64,000 bases of DNA. Origin: a bacterium (lineage in GTDB: Bacteria; Armatimonadota; Abditibacteriia; Abditibacteriales; Abditibacteriaceae). Under the pieces are notes generated by a model. That model had not been told where the DNA came from. It did no database searches and was given only the letters and a program-made list of their open reading frames with translations. Positions within the stretch are counted from its first letter, which is position 1. Each line of letters starts with the position of its first letter. The translations under genes and the position numbers were made by a program. Below are positions 8,734-17,544 of the stretch, piece after piece. The stretch spans positions 6,195 to 70,194 of the forward strand of contig SDZD01000022.1 of assembly GCA_004172935.1 (NCBI GenBank), written 5' to 3'.

Positions 8734-10506
8734 ATGGAAACAACCAACATCTACGCCCGATTGCTCGGAGAATTGAAGCCGCATTGGAAGCTGTTGACGG
8801 GAAGCCTTGGCTTCTCGGTCATCATGGCAGTGATGGAAATGATTCCCGCTGCCCTGACCAAGCCCCTCATCGACAAAGCTATTTATGGACGGGATGGTCA
8901 CTTGCTGCAAATCCTGTCCGCGATTTTATTCGCGACGCTGGTGTGCCGTACCTACTGCCACTACACGCGCATGATTTACACCGGGAAATTAGCCCATAAA
9001 GTGCTGTTCCAGGTGCGAACCGGCCTGTACGAGCATCTGCAAAAACTTTCGCTGGCCTTTTACGGCAACAAACGCACCGGACAGATCATGTCGCGCGTGA
9101 CCAACGATGTCGCCGTGTTCGAGCAGTTCATCGTGGAAGGCATCCGCGATTCGCTCATCAACTTGCTGCGCGTGGTCATCATCGCGGGCATTCTGGCTGT
9201 AACCAACCCCTACCTCGCGTTCTGGGTATTCCTGCCGACCATTCCGCTTATCTGGGGCACGCGAGCCTTCCAAAAACGCATTGGCGCCAGTTACCGCACC
9301 ATGCGCCGTCGCCTCGCCGATATGAACTCGATATTGAGCGACACCATCGGCGGTATTCGCGTTGTTCAAATTTTTAATCAAGAGGAAACCGAAGCCTCGA
9401 AGTTCCGCGCTAAGAGCCGCGAGTTCGCTTTCGCGGGCGTCAACACCCAAAAACTGCAAGCGTTGTTTTTTCCCGGTGTGGCTTTCGCCTTTGGGGTAGG
9501 GCAAGTGGTGGTGTGGTTGGTCGGTGGCCGCGAAGTGCTGGCTAACCGTCTGACGCCGGGAGAACTGGTGATGTTTTCCGGCTACGTGATGCAGTTCTAC
9601 GCGCCTGTTCAGTCGCTGGCGAACACGGCCAACCTGTATGCCAATACCGCCGCCAGTGCCGAGCGCATTTACGAAGTTCTCGATACCGAACCCGATATTC
9701 GCTCCGTCGAGGAAGCGACGCCGTTGCCCGAAATGGACGGCAAAATCGAGTTACAGGACGTGAGTTTCGGTTACGATTCGGGTGAACCCGCGCTCGAACA
9801 CATCAACCTCACCGTCGAGCCGGGGCAAATGATCGGTTTAGTTGGGCCTTCGGGCAGCGGCAAATCGACCCTGGTGCAGCTTATCTCGCGCTTCTACGAC
9901 GCCAAGGATGGCGTTGTGAAAATTGACGGGCACGACATCCGCGAACTGGATTTGAAGGATTTGCGCAGCCACATTTCGGTGGTGCCGCAAGACCCGTATC
10001 TGTTCCACGGCACGGTGCGCGACAACATCTCGTATGGGCGCCCCGAAGCCTCGTTCGAGGAAGTTTTGGCCGCTGCGCGCGCCGCGAACGCGCACGAGTT
10101 CATCATGAAGATGCCCGACGCCTACGATACCCACGTCGGCGAACGCGGCACCAAGTTATCGGGCGGACAGCGTCAGCGCATCGCGATTGCGCGCGCCATT
10201 TTGGACGATCCGAAGATTCTGATTCTGGACGAAGCGACCAGTGCGGTTGATACCGAAAGCGAAGTGCTGATTCAGGGCGCGCTCGAAAACCTGTTGGCGG
10301 GCCGCACCACGCTCGCCATCGCACACCGCCTTAGCACGGTGAAGAACGCCGACAAACTGGTGGTTCTGGAAGATGGGCATATCGTGGAAGAAGGCACGCA
10401 CGACGCGCTGATGCAAGACCCTGACGGTCTGTATCGCCGACTGGTGCAGATGCAAACCCAACTCGGATCGCAGAATGCGTTTTCGGAGGCAAACAATGGC
10501 AGTTAA
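8734..10506 (+). CDS. ABC transporter, fused permease/ATP-binding (type IV exporter)
   Basis: Six TM segments, GPSGSGKS Walker A, LSGGQRQR signature, ILDEATS Walker B; ATG at 8734 preferred over TTG at 8641. Confidence 0.95.
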   Translation: METTNIYARLLGELKPHWKLLTGSLGFSVIMAVMEMIPAALTKPLIDKAIYGRDGHLLQILSAILFATLVCRTYCHYTRMIYTGKLAHKVLFQVRTGLYEHLQKLSLAFYGNKRTGQIMSRVTNDVAVFEQFIVEGIRDSLINLLRVVIIAGILAVTNPYLAFWVFLPTIPLIWGTRAFQKRIGASYRTMRRRLADMNSILSDTIGGIRVVQIFNQEETEASKFRAKSREFAFAGVNTQKLQALFFPGVAFAFGVGQVVVWLVGGREVLANRLTPGELVMFSGYVMQFYAPVQSLANTANLYANTAASAERIYEVLDTEPDIRSVEEATPLPEMDGKIELQDVSFGYDSGEPALEHINLTVEPGQMIGLVGPSGSGKSTLVQLISRFYDAKDGVVKIDGHDIRELDLKDLRSHISVVPQDPYLFHGTVRDNISYGRPEASFEEVLAAARAANAHEFIMKMPDAYDTHVGERGTKLSGGQRQRIAIARAILDDPKILILDEATSAVDTESEVLIQGALENLLAGRTTLAIAHRLSTVKNADKLVVLEDGHIVEEGTHDALMQDPDGLYRRLVQMQTQLGSQNAFSEANNGS

Positions 10507-11029
10507 AGGCGGACAAAGCGTTGTTTTCGAACCGCAATTGCTGAAGGTATGGCCGGAAAATGATGGCTTGATGTTGGAGTACGATGGCAAATTGAGCGAA
10601 TTGGCGCCGCCGCGCCGCGCTCTGCCGCTGTCATCGCCCGAAGAGTGGATTTTGCTCAACTCGCTCGAAGGCGAGGAGTTGGGCAGTGTCCGGCGCCTGT
10701 CGGAACTCGATTCGGTGTCGCGCGACACGCTACGCGCGGCGCTGGCTGAGGCCTATCGTATCACCACGATTTTGCGCGTTCTCGATGTCGAGCGTGAACC
10801 AATCGGCGGACAGATCACCTGGCAGGTCGTTGTCGAGTCCACCGAAGACGAAGAGAAGGGAGTCTCTTCGGGCAAAGACATGACATTCCGCCTGGCCGGA
10901 GCCGAAGACATTCAAACCGCACGCTACCCGCACATCTACTTCGCCGACATCGAAGGCAATCGCTGGGAGATAGTCGATTGCGAGGCGATGGATTTAGCCT
11001 CACGACGAGCCAGCGAACGATATTTTTAA
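10496..11029 (+). CDS. DUF1854-family protein
   Basis: GGAGG RBS, overlaps ABC stop; pattern 'EELG.V..L..LD..SR..L..AL..Y..I..I..V' and 'DIEGNRWEI.D...MD..S' typical of the DUF1854 partner of such exporters. Confidence 0.75.
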   Translation: MAVKGGQSVVFEPQLLKVWPENDGLMLEYDGKLSELAPPRRALPLSSPEEWILLNSLEGEELGSVRRLSELDSVSRDTLRAALAEAYRITTILRVLDVEREPIGGQITWQVVVESTEDEEKGVSSGKDMTFRLAGAEDIQTARYPHIYFADIEGNRWEIVDCEAMDLASRRASERYF

Positions 11030-11048
11030 TTCGGCCTTGTTGGCAGAG

Positions 11049-11080
11049 GGCGCATTTCCACTGAAGGAAATGCGCCTTTT
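11049..11080 (+). terminator. Intrinsic terminator
   Basis: ggcgcatttcc-actgaa-ggaaatgcgcc followed by tttt. Confidence 0.85.
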
Positions 11081-11127
11081 CTATTATCAGGCTCGCCTTT
11101 GTATTTTCTCATCGAAAAAACTCATGA

Positions 11128-11190
11128 AATTTATTTTCACATGCAACTAATCTCATGGGTGTGCGTATTATTTGCAAGTGAAAATAAATT
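11128..11190. promoter_or_regulatory. AT-rich inverted repeat, probable operator upstream of doxX
   Basis: aatttattttcacatgcaa N25 ttgcaagtgaaaataaatt (18/19 match). Confidence 0.55.
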
Positions 11191-11247
11191 CGTGATGGCT
11201 CGAAATTATGATTGAGGATGCCACGCCACGAGTGAAAGAGGAGAAAA

Positions 11248-11700
11248 ATGCAACACACTTTTGAGAGACAACAAGACCGTAGTGCGGTTGATATAGCACT
11301 GCTTGTAATCCGACTTATCGTTGGAGTGATTTTTATGGCGCATGGCTCGCAAAAGGTTTTTGGGGCTTTTGGAGGCCCCGGCCTTTCTGGGGTTGTCGCG
11401 ATGATGGGGCCAATCGGTTATCTGGTAGCCATTGGCGAGTTCTTCGGCGGACTTGGGCTAGTTGTAGGCTTTTTGACGCGATTTTCGTCTGCCGCTCTAG
11501 TTGTCATTATGCTGGGCGCCATCGGTATGGTTCACGGCAAGGGCGGCTTCTTCGCTCCGGCAGGCTTCGAATATCCGCTGGCACTGATTGGCCTCGTTGC
11601 TCCCATCTTGATTGCGGGGCCAGGACGTTTCGCTATCGGACATTTCCTGCCGCTGCCCAAGACAGTTGCGACGGGTAAGCCCGTCGTGGTTCTCGAATAA
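11248..11700 (+). CDS. DoxX family membrane protein
   Basis: GAGGAG RBS; LLVIRLIVGVIFMAHGSQK, EFFGGLGLVVGFLTR, GFEYPL, GPGRFA. Confidence 0.93.
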   Translation: MQHTFERQQDRSAVDIALLVIRLIVGVIFMAHGSQKVFGAFGGPGLSGVVAMMGPIGYLVAIGEFFGGLGLVVGFLTRFSSAALVVIMLGAIGMVHGKGGFFAPAGFEYPLALIGLVAPILIAGPGRFAIGHFLPLPKTVATGKPVVVLE

Positions 11701-11734
11701 GTCGGATATATCGGGCAACTAACAATCGCAATGC

Positions 11735-11775
11735 AACAGGCGCATTCCTCTTTGAAAAGGAATGCGCCTGTTTTT
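11735..11775. terminator. Bidirectional intrinsic terminator
   Basis: 15-bp stem aacaggcgcattcct/aggaatgcgcctgtt. Confidence 0.85.
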
Positions 11776-11780
11776 CATGT

Positions 11781-12176
11781 TTATAACGTTTTTAAAAGGG
11801 CTACTGCTTCTTCTAAATTATCCGGTAGTTTTTCGCCCAGCCAGTGCATTTTGTCTTCTGGATAGTCCACTTTGATGTTTGTCGGATTATATTGCAGCAT
11901 ACGCTTGACCATACCCTGTCGCAAACCTTTCAGTGCTTCGCTTGCTTCAAATGCCATCCATGTTGAGCAGTCCCAACCTTCGGTGACGATTACCACGAAG
12001 ATTTCCTCATTCATTATCTGCGCTTGGCCTCCCCCGCTGTACCAATTCATCCATCGCTCATCTTCGTCATCGGCTGGATTGCGTGGCGAATGAGATACGG
12101 CAATACCCACTTGCCTGAGCTTTTGAATTAAGGCATTTGCGTGAAGGGAATCGACCTTCGCACACGAAATAAACAT
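11781..12176 (-). CDS. Stand-alone TIR-like domain protein
   Basis: FISCAKVD...A..LIQKLRQVGIAV; IFVVIVTEGWDCSTWMAFEA matches TIR betaC/alphaC with the conserved Glu. Confidence 0.6.
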   Translation of the reverse strand: MFISCAKVDSLHANALIQKLRQVGIAVSHSPRNPADDEDERWMNWYSGGGQAQIMNEEIFVVIVTEGWDCSTWMAFEASEALKGLRQGMVKRMLQYNPTNIKVDYPEDKMHWLGEKLPDNLEEAVALLKTL

Positions 12177-12185
12177 GGTTGCCTT

Positions 12186-13013
12186 CTAATCCGCTGGTTT
12201 AGTCGCCAGTTCTTTGGGGATTTCTACGAATTGGCGGGTGACTTTGCCGTCGCGGACAGTGCAGACGAACCAGCCTTTTTCTTTGGTGCCGTCGTGGTTG
12301 TCGCGGACGCGCGAGCAGCAGCGGTCGGTGGTTAGAGTGCTGTCGTGCCATGTTTTTTCGGTGTAGGCGTGCCAGTGGCCGCTGAGGACGGCTTGCACGT
12401 TGAAACCAGAGAGGCGAACGAACAGCTCGTCGGCGTTGAGGGGGCGATATTTGACGCCTTCGCCCATCGGGAAGTGAGTCCAGACGATGGTGGGTTTGGT
12501 GCGGTCGAGTTTGGGAAGGTTCTCGTCCATCCACGCGAAGGTTTCGGGGTGGATTTTGGTGTCCGACCAGAGGGTGCCGTCGCTGCTATCCAGACCGATG
12601 ATTTGCCAGCCGCGATGCTCGAAGACTTGGTTGAGGTGTCCGGGGAAATGCTTGTCGTAGGCGGTGCGGTCGGTATCGGTGAGATAATCGTGGTTGCCGG
12701 GAGTGGCGTACAGCGGCATCCCCAGACCTTGAAGTGATGCATGGATATTCTCCATCTGCACCGCTGTCCCGCTGTCGGTCAGGTCGCCGCCCAACAGGCA
12801 GAACGCGGCGTCGGGGGCGCTGGCTTTCATCGCCACCACGAGTTGGTCGAACCACGGGCGGCAAGCAGGGGCGCTGTAGTGCAAATCGTTGACGGAAATG
12901 AAATGCCAACTGCCATCGCCCTGTACGTTCTCCTGAGCGGACAGAACGCTAGGCCATAAAACGGAAGCTACAGTGGCAGAGGCAGACATCTTTATCACTT
13001 CGCGGCGGGTCAT
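12186..13013 (-). CDS. Tat-exported calcineurin-like metallophosphoesterase
   Basis: MTRREVIK twin-Arg; DLH, GDLTD, GNHD, THFP, GHWH motifs. Confidence 0.92.
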   Translation of the reverse strand: MTRREVIKMSASATVASVLWPSVLSAQENVQGDGSWHFISVNDLHYSAPACRPWFDQLVVAMKASAPDAAFCLLGGDLTDSGTAVQMENIHASLQGLGMPLYATPGNHDYLTDTDRTAYDKHFPGHLNQVFEHRGWQIIGLDSSDGTLWSDTKIHPETFAWMDENLPKLDRTKPTIVWTHFPMGEGVKYRPLNADELFVRLSGFNVQAVLSGHWHAYTEKTWHDSTLTTDRCCSRVRDNHDGTKEKGWFVCTVRDGKVTRQFVEIPKELATKPAD

Positions 13014-13104
13014 GTGGGCGAGTGTAGCCGCGCACCGTTAAGAGAGGGGGCCTCAAAAGCAGCACTCGTGACCAGAGGGTTTAGCTATTGGCCCCTTTAT
13101 CAAC

Positions 13105-13140
13105 AACAAATGCGCGCTTCGATTGAAGCGCGCATTTGTT
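13105..13140 (-). terminator. Intrinsic terminator
   Basis: 16-bp stem aacaaatgcgcgcttc/gaagcgcgcatttgtt. Confidence 0.85.
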
Positions 13141-13159
13141 GTTTGATAGGTAGTTGTGG

Positions 13160-14791
13160 TTAGGAGACGCCGCCCGATGGGGAGGGGCTGCGACGAGCGT
13201 TGATTGCCGGAGCGAACACGCCCGACACCGTGACGGGGGACGAAGTCCAGGGCGTGCTGGCGGCACTGTAGTCGCGGGCTTTGACCAATACGGTAATCTG
13301 GTCGCCAGAGTCGCCGTTGCCTGGCTTGGACAAGTCCAGAGTCGCGTTTTCTTCGCCGTTGATCTTGACGCCGTTCTTGTACCATACATACACGAAGTGG
13401 ATGGCATCGCCATCGGGGTCGACGGCTGTTGCGGTGGCGGTGAGAAGGTCGTTAGTGCCGGGAGCCGTTGGGGTCACGCTCAGGCTGGTGATGGATGGGC
13501 CGTTGTTGCCAATTGCCACGCTGTCCGAGGTGAGCGGCGCGCTGGCAGCGCTGTAATCGCGGGCCTTGATCAGAACCGAAATCGAATCGCCGTTGTCGCC
13601 GTTGCCTGGCTTGGACAGGTCGAGCGTAGAGCCATCTTCGCCGTTGATCTTGACGCCGTTCTTCATCCACACGTACACGAAGCGGATGGCATCGCCATCG
13701 GGGTCAGTGGCCGTCGCGGTGGCGGTGAGAATGCTATTGGTGTTGGGACGGGTTGGGCTAATGCTGAGGCTATTCGCTACTGGAGACGCGTTGACTACAG
13801 TCACGCTGGCCGAGGTGACGGGTGCGCTGGTGGCGAGTCCCGCAATGGCGCGCACTTCGACCGAAATCGAGTCGTCGCGGTCGCCTGCGCCGGGTTTGCC
13901 CAAGTCCAAGGTGCGTCCTGTCTCGCCGGGGAGGTCGACGCCGTTTTTCTTCCACTGGTAGCTATAGGTCAACTTGACGCCCGCTGGCCCGGTGGCTGAA
14001 ACAACTGCTGTCACACTGCTGTTGGTCTGTGGTTTGGCAGGGTTGATGACCACCGAGTTCACAACAACCGTTGGGGCAGCAAACTTGGATGCGTAAGAGA
14101 TGATGTTGGCGCGCAGGTTTGCGGCCTCTGTTGTGGGGGAGTGAAAATTATTTGTCGTCATGCCGCCGAAGAGGACGTGACCGGAACCGACAGTTTTCTC
14201 CGCCAGCACTGTGTCGTTATTATCGCTGTTTTTGATGATGGGGAGGATGCCGCCGCCACTAACAGTGGCATGACCAAAGGAAGTCCCCGTCCATGATGTA
14301 CCTGTGGGAGTAAAAGGCCCTACGAATATGGGGTGTGAGGCATTTACTGCAGATGCCCTGTCCGTATAGAGTGCGTATGTTAGCGACACGCCACCAAACC
14401 CCAAATCCATTCCATCGCCTTCGTTGGGTGCCGCATTCAATAAGAGAGAGCCACCACTGCTGACCCAGAGTTCGATTGCGGCTTTGTTCGCAGTTAAAAA
14501 AGTTTCGAGTTCATCTGCATTTTTGTCACTACCTTCCATATAAATGAAGGAGGTGTTGGGAGATAGTAAGGAGGCGACATTGGTGGTCTCGTAACGGGCA
14601 TCCGACCATTGACCAGCACCAAAGACTCTGTCCATCGCTGTCTCGTTGGTGTTCACTCCCCAGGGGGCACCAGCAGTTGAACGCAGATATACAGAGTTTC
14701 CAGCCCATGAGGGGGCGGCCATTCCTGCAAGTGCAGTCAAGCCCAGGGCCATACAGGGGATCAGTTTGATGAGCGGAGTTATACGTTTCAT
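13160..14791 (-). CDS. Secreted protein with unassigned N-terminal domain and three tandem Ig/PKD-like repeats (95 aa)
   Basis: Signal peptide; repeats Y.W.KNGV.(L/I).GE...TLDL.KPG.GD..D.I.V...A; the two last repeats are near-identical in DNA at 285-nt offset. Confidence 0.85.
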   Translation of the reverse strand: MKRITPLIKLIPCMALGLTALAGMAAPSWAGNSVYLRSTAGAPWGVNTNETAMDRVFGAGQWSDARYETTNVASLLSPNTSFIYMEGSDKNADELETFLTANKAAIELWVSSGGSLLLNAAPNEGDGMDLGFGGVSLTYALYTDRASAVNASHPIFVGPFTPTGTSWTGTSFGHATVSGGGILPIIKNSDNNDTVLAEKTVGSGHVLFGGMTTNNFHSPTTEAANLRANIISYASKFAAPTVVVNSVVINPAKPQTNSSVTAVVSATGPAGVKLTYSYQWKKNGVDLPGETGRTLDLGKPGAGDRDDSISVEVRAIAGLATSAPVTSASVTVVNASPVANSLSISPTRPNTNSILTATATATDPDGDAIRFVYVWMKNGVKINGEDGSTLDLSKPGNGDNGDSISVLIKARDYSAASAPLTSDSVAIGNNGPSITSLSVTPTAPGTNDLLTATATAVDPDGDAIHFVYVWYKNGVKINGEENATLDLSKPGNGDSGDQITVLVKARDYSAASTPWTSSPVTVSGVFAPAINARRSPSPSGGVS

Positions 14792-15435
14792 TGGGATGAA
14801 TTCTTTTCGTTTGTGTCAGATTTGCCCAGAATGAAGAACCCCGTAACTGCAATTAGCAGTTTGAATAGATTTAAAAAACTGGACTGAATCATTACAAATT
14901 AAAAACTATAAAATATAGGAAAACGCTCAATATTTTAACGTCTGCCATCTACATTTGCGGTGTTAAATTCATAACATTAGGGGAGATTTTGGCTTCCCTT
15001 GTGATATTCTAAGTTTTTGTGTCATTTGGCTGTGTGATTTCTCAAAATTATCATGACCTATGGCCTTCAACACCAAGCAACGTGTTAGATGTTTCGTTTT
15101 TGCAGTCGAATACCGTGGAGAGGGGTAAGATTCGACTGAGAGGAAGCCTTTCATCATATGGCCCTCGCCAATAAAACGGGCATTACCTTCGCCTCTGCCC
15201 TGAAAAGCTGGCGTGGATTCAAGGCCTATAAGCTCCGCGCAATTAACTTCCAAAGGCCCTTGCTGTTTATAGAAGGCGTTCTCTCTGGGAGGACGGTTGA
15301 TTGTGTTCGGCACAGACTCGTTCGGGCGGCATTACAAGGGGGCGAGTGTGGCCACGCAGGTTTAAAATGGGATTTGTCGCGACTGGTCTTATAAGAGTAA
15401 TGCAATCGCGATGATTTTGTGCGACAATAGGCTGC

Positions 15436-16011
15436 ATGGTAGAAATATTCGCTGATGAGACAGACGACCCCGGTTCCATTCTGGCCATCGAGCGTATCGT
15501 CAATGGGTGCTTGCTGGAATATGACCCGGCTGGCATTTATCTCGTGCGCGTTCGAGGGTGGTTCGACCATAAATGGCTGGGATTTTCGGGTAAAGTTGGC
15601 GGGCAACTCGGTGTCTGGAAAAAGACATTGACCTTGCCCCCATTCAATCCGAATCGCATTCTGTCGCAACGTTTTTATGTTTATAGTCCTGAAGATAACG
15701 ACTATATGCGTTCGACGGGATGGGCACGATTGCATCGCTATCAACCAAGTAGCGACAACTTGAGGCGCTACGTTGGGCGCGTTGGTAGTTCGGTAGCGCT
15801 TGTGTGGTTCTCCAGTGATACGCTCGAATCGGGACGCGGCAGTTTGATGGTTTATGTGCGTACACCACGCAAAATTGACGGCTGGTTTTTGAGCCTCGAA
15901 CGAAAAGAGGATGGTTGGCGCAAGCAAACGAACAACATTTCTATTGCTGTCGTGGAGGATTTAGAGGATGTTGGGCGGGAACTGGAACTGCACTTGGAAG
16001 CCGTTGAATAA
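15436..16011 (+). CDS. Hypothetical protein
   Basis: 191-aa ORF with natural composition (WFDHKWLGFSG, LPPFNPNR); GACAAT 7 nt upstream of ATG. Confidence 0.7.
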   Translation: MVEIFADETDDPGSILAIERIVNGCLLEYDPAGIYLVRVRGWFDHKWLGFSGKVGGQLGVWKKTLTLPPFNPNRILSQRFYVYSPEDNDYMRSTGWARLHRYQPSSDNLRRYVGRVGSSVALVWFSSDTLESGRGSLMVYVRTPRKIDGWFLSLERKEDGWRKQTNNISIAVVEDLEDVGRELELHLEAVE

Positions 16012-16056
16012 CAACACGCTTTTTGTTGTTAGAAAAACATAATGAACTAAATCGCC

Positions 16057-17124
16057 ATGAAACGAACTCTCCTCCAATTGGCTATTCCCGTTGCGGTTGG
16101 CGTACTTTGTATCGGCTTGTGGATTATCTCGCGCCCCAAGTCGGTGTTCTATGGGAGCGGAGAAATTCGCCATCTGGTATTTTCCAATGATGGTAGGACT
16201 CTGCTTGTTTCTCAGGTGGAGAAGCCCCGATCACTTCTAGCTACTAAGCTAACAGCACTGAACTTCGCGCCGGATTTTACGACCAAGTGGAGCTATGAAG
16301 ACGGTGACCAATTGGGCAAGCCACAATTTTTCAGCTCTGATTCGCGTATTTTGGTTGATAGAGGATTTCTCCGAACGTTCGATGCTGCCACAGGCAAATT
16401 ACTTCGAAATGGGGGCACTTTGCGCAAAGCCGCGATTTCTCCAGATGGGAAGTGGCTTGCCTACAGAGGCCAAGACCCTTCTAATATGGGTTGTCTTCCT
16501 CCTCAAACTATCTCACAACAGGAACTCTGTCTTGAATCACCCCTTGGAGCACAAGAAGGGGTTAGCAGAAAAATTCTGCAAGAGCAGAGCGTGCCCAACA
16601 GTTTCTCCTTCTCCCCTGATAGTCAAAATTTAGTTGTGGCGGGCTCTCAACGTCGAGGGAGTCGATTGGACTTTTATGATGTGAATACGTGGAAGCTCAA
16701 GCGTAGAATCACTGATTTTCCAAGGCATGGGATACAAGCGATGGAATGGAGTCGGAATGGTCGCTTTCTGCTTTCCATCACTTGTTTCTTCAGTGCTAGA
16801 ATCCCTGATGCCTATTTGAACTTGTGGCGTGTAAGCGACGCCAAATTGCTTTCCTCACTCACTGTCCCTTGTGGCGAGGAACCTTACGACATAAATACCA
16901 GATTTATATTGCCCTCCTTTGAGGTGCAAAATGATGGGCGGGTATTGAGGTTTGGGATTGATAACCAAGTCTTGTTGAGCAATAGCTCGAATTTGTCTGG
17001 TGGCTTCCAACAATTGATGTCCTTACCCGCCGATAAGATCACCGCTGCTTCTATTTCTCCCGACAGTCGCTATCTCGTGGCTGGAACCAAGAGCGGGCAA
17101 GTTATTAGGCGACTTCTGAAGTAA
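16057..17124 (+). CDS. WD40/beta-propeller repeat protein with N-terminal membrane anchor
   Basis: Repeated FSNDG, ISPDGKWLA, FSPDSQNLV, WSRNGRFL, ISPDSRYLVAG. Confidence 0.85.
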   Translation: MKRTLLQLAIPVAVGVLCIGLWIISRPKSVFYGSGEIRHLVFSNDGRTLLVSQVEKPRSLLATKLTALNFAPDFTTKWSYEDGDQLGKPQFFSSDSRILVDRGFLRTFDAATGKLLRNGGTLRKAAISPDGKWLAYRGQDPSNMGCLPPQTISQQELCLESPLGAQEGVSRKILQEQSVPNSFSFSPDSQNLVVAGSQRRGSRLDFYDVNTWKLKRRITDFPRHGIQAMEWSRNGRFLLSITCFFSARIPDAYLNLWRVSDAKLLSSLTVPCGEEPYDINTRFILPSFEVQNDGRVLRFGIDNQVLLSNSSNLSGGFQQLMSLPADKITAASISPDSRYLVAGTKSGQVIRRLLK

Positions 17125-17170
17125 CGGCGCTTCGATAATCTCCGATAGCGATTTCGCTGAGGTTGGCAAA

Positions 17171-17461
17171 ATGAACAAGTGGTTAAATCTTCTGTATTGG
17201 TTTGGGGGAGCGGTGGCATCGGGGCAGGCCATTTTCCTTCTTTTCAAAATCACTAGAATTGATCTCCTTTCTCTGGGTGAGTTGATTATCGCGCTCACTG
17301 TTTCTGGTGTGTTCGCGACTGGTATTGTCAGAACATTCAGCGACTGGAGTTTGCCAATCTGCATTTTGGCTGGAGCTATTCTCGCTTATCCAATGTTTGG
17401 GTTGTCTATGGCGGCATTGGCGCTTGGTATGTACTTCGTTGGTATTTGGCGACGTGAATAA
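17171..17461 (+). CDS. Small membrane protein
   Basis: 96 aa, three to four hydrophobic helices, followed by terminator. Confidence 0.6.
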   Translation: MNKWLNLLYWFGGAVASGQAIFLLFKITRIDLLSLGELIIALTVSGVFATGIVRTFSDWSLPICILAGAILAYPMFGLSMAALALGMYFVGIWRRE

Positions 17462-17491
17462 GTTCGTGCCTCCTTGTGTTACTAGGAAAGA

Positions 17492-17531
17492 CAAAAGGGG
17501 CCGAATCGCACACGCGATTCGGCCCCTTTTG
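17492..17531. terminator. Bidirectional intrinsic terminator
   Basis: 18-bp stem caaaaggggccgaatcgc/gcgattcggccccttttg. Confidence 0.88.
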
Positions 17532-17544
17532 TTGTTTGTTTTGC

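Noticed and set aside
11781-13013. TIR plus metallophosphoesterase as a two-gene defence system
   Set aside because: The phosphoesterase has a twin-arginine export signal and host-like composition, so it is unlikely to be a cytoplasmic effector
14969-15927. ORFs 14969-15313, 15158-15394 and 15226-15927
   Set aside because: No motifs, atypical composition; the longest overlaps a better plus-strand gene
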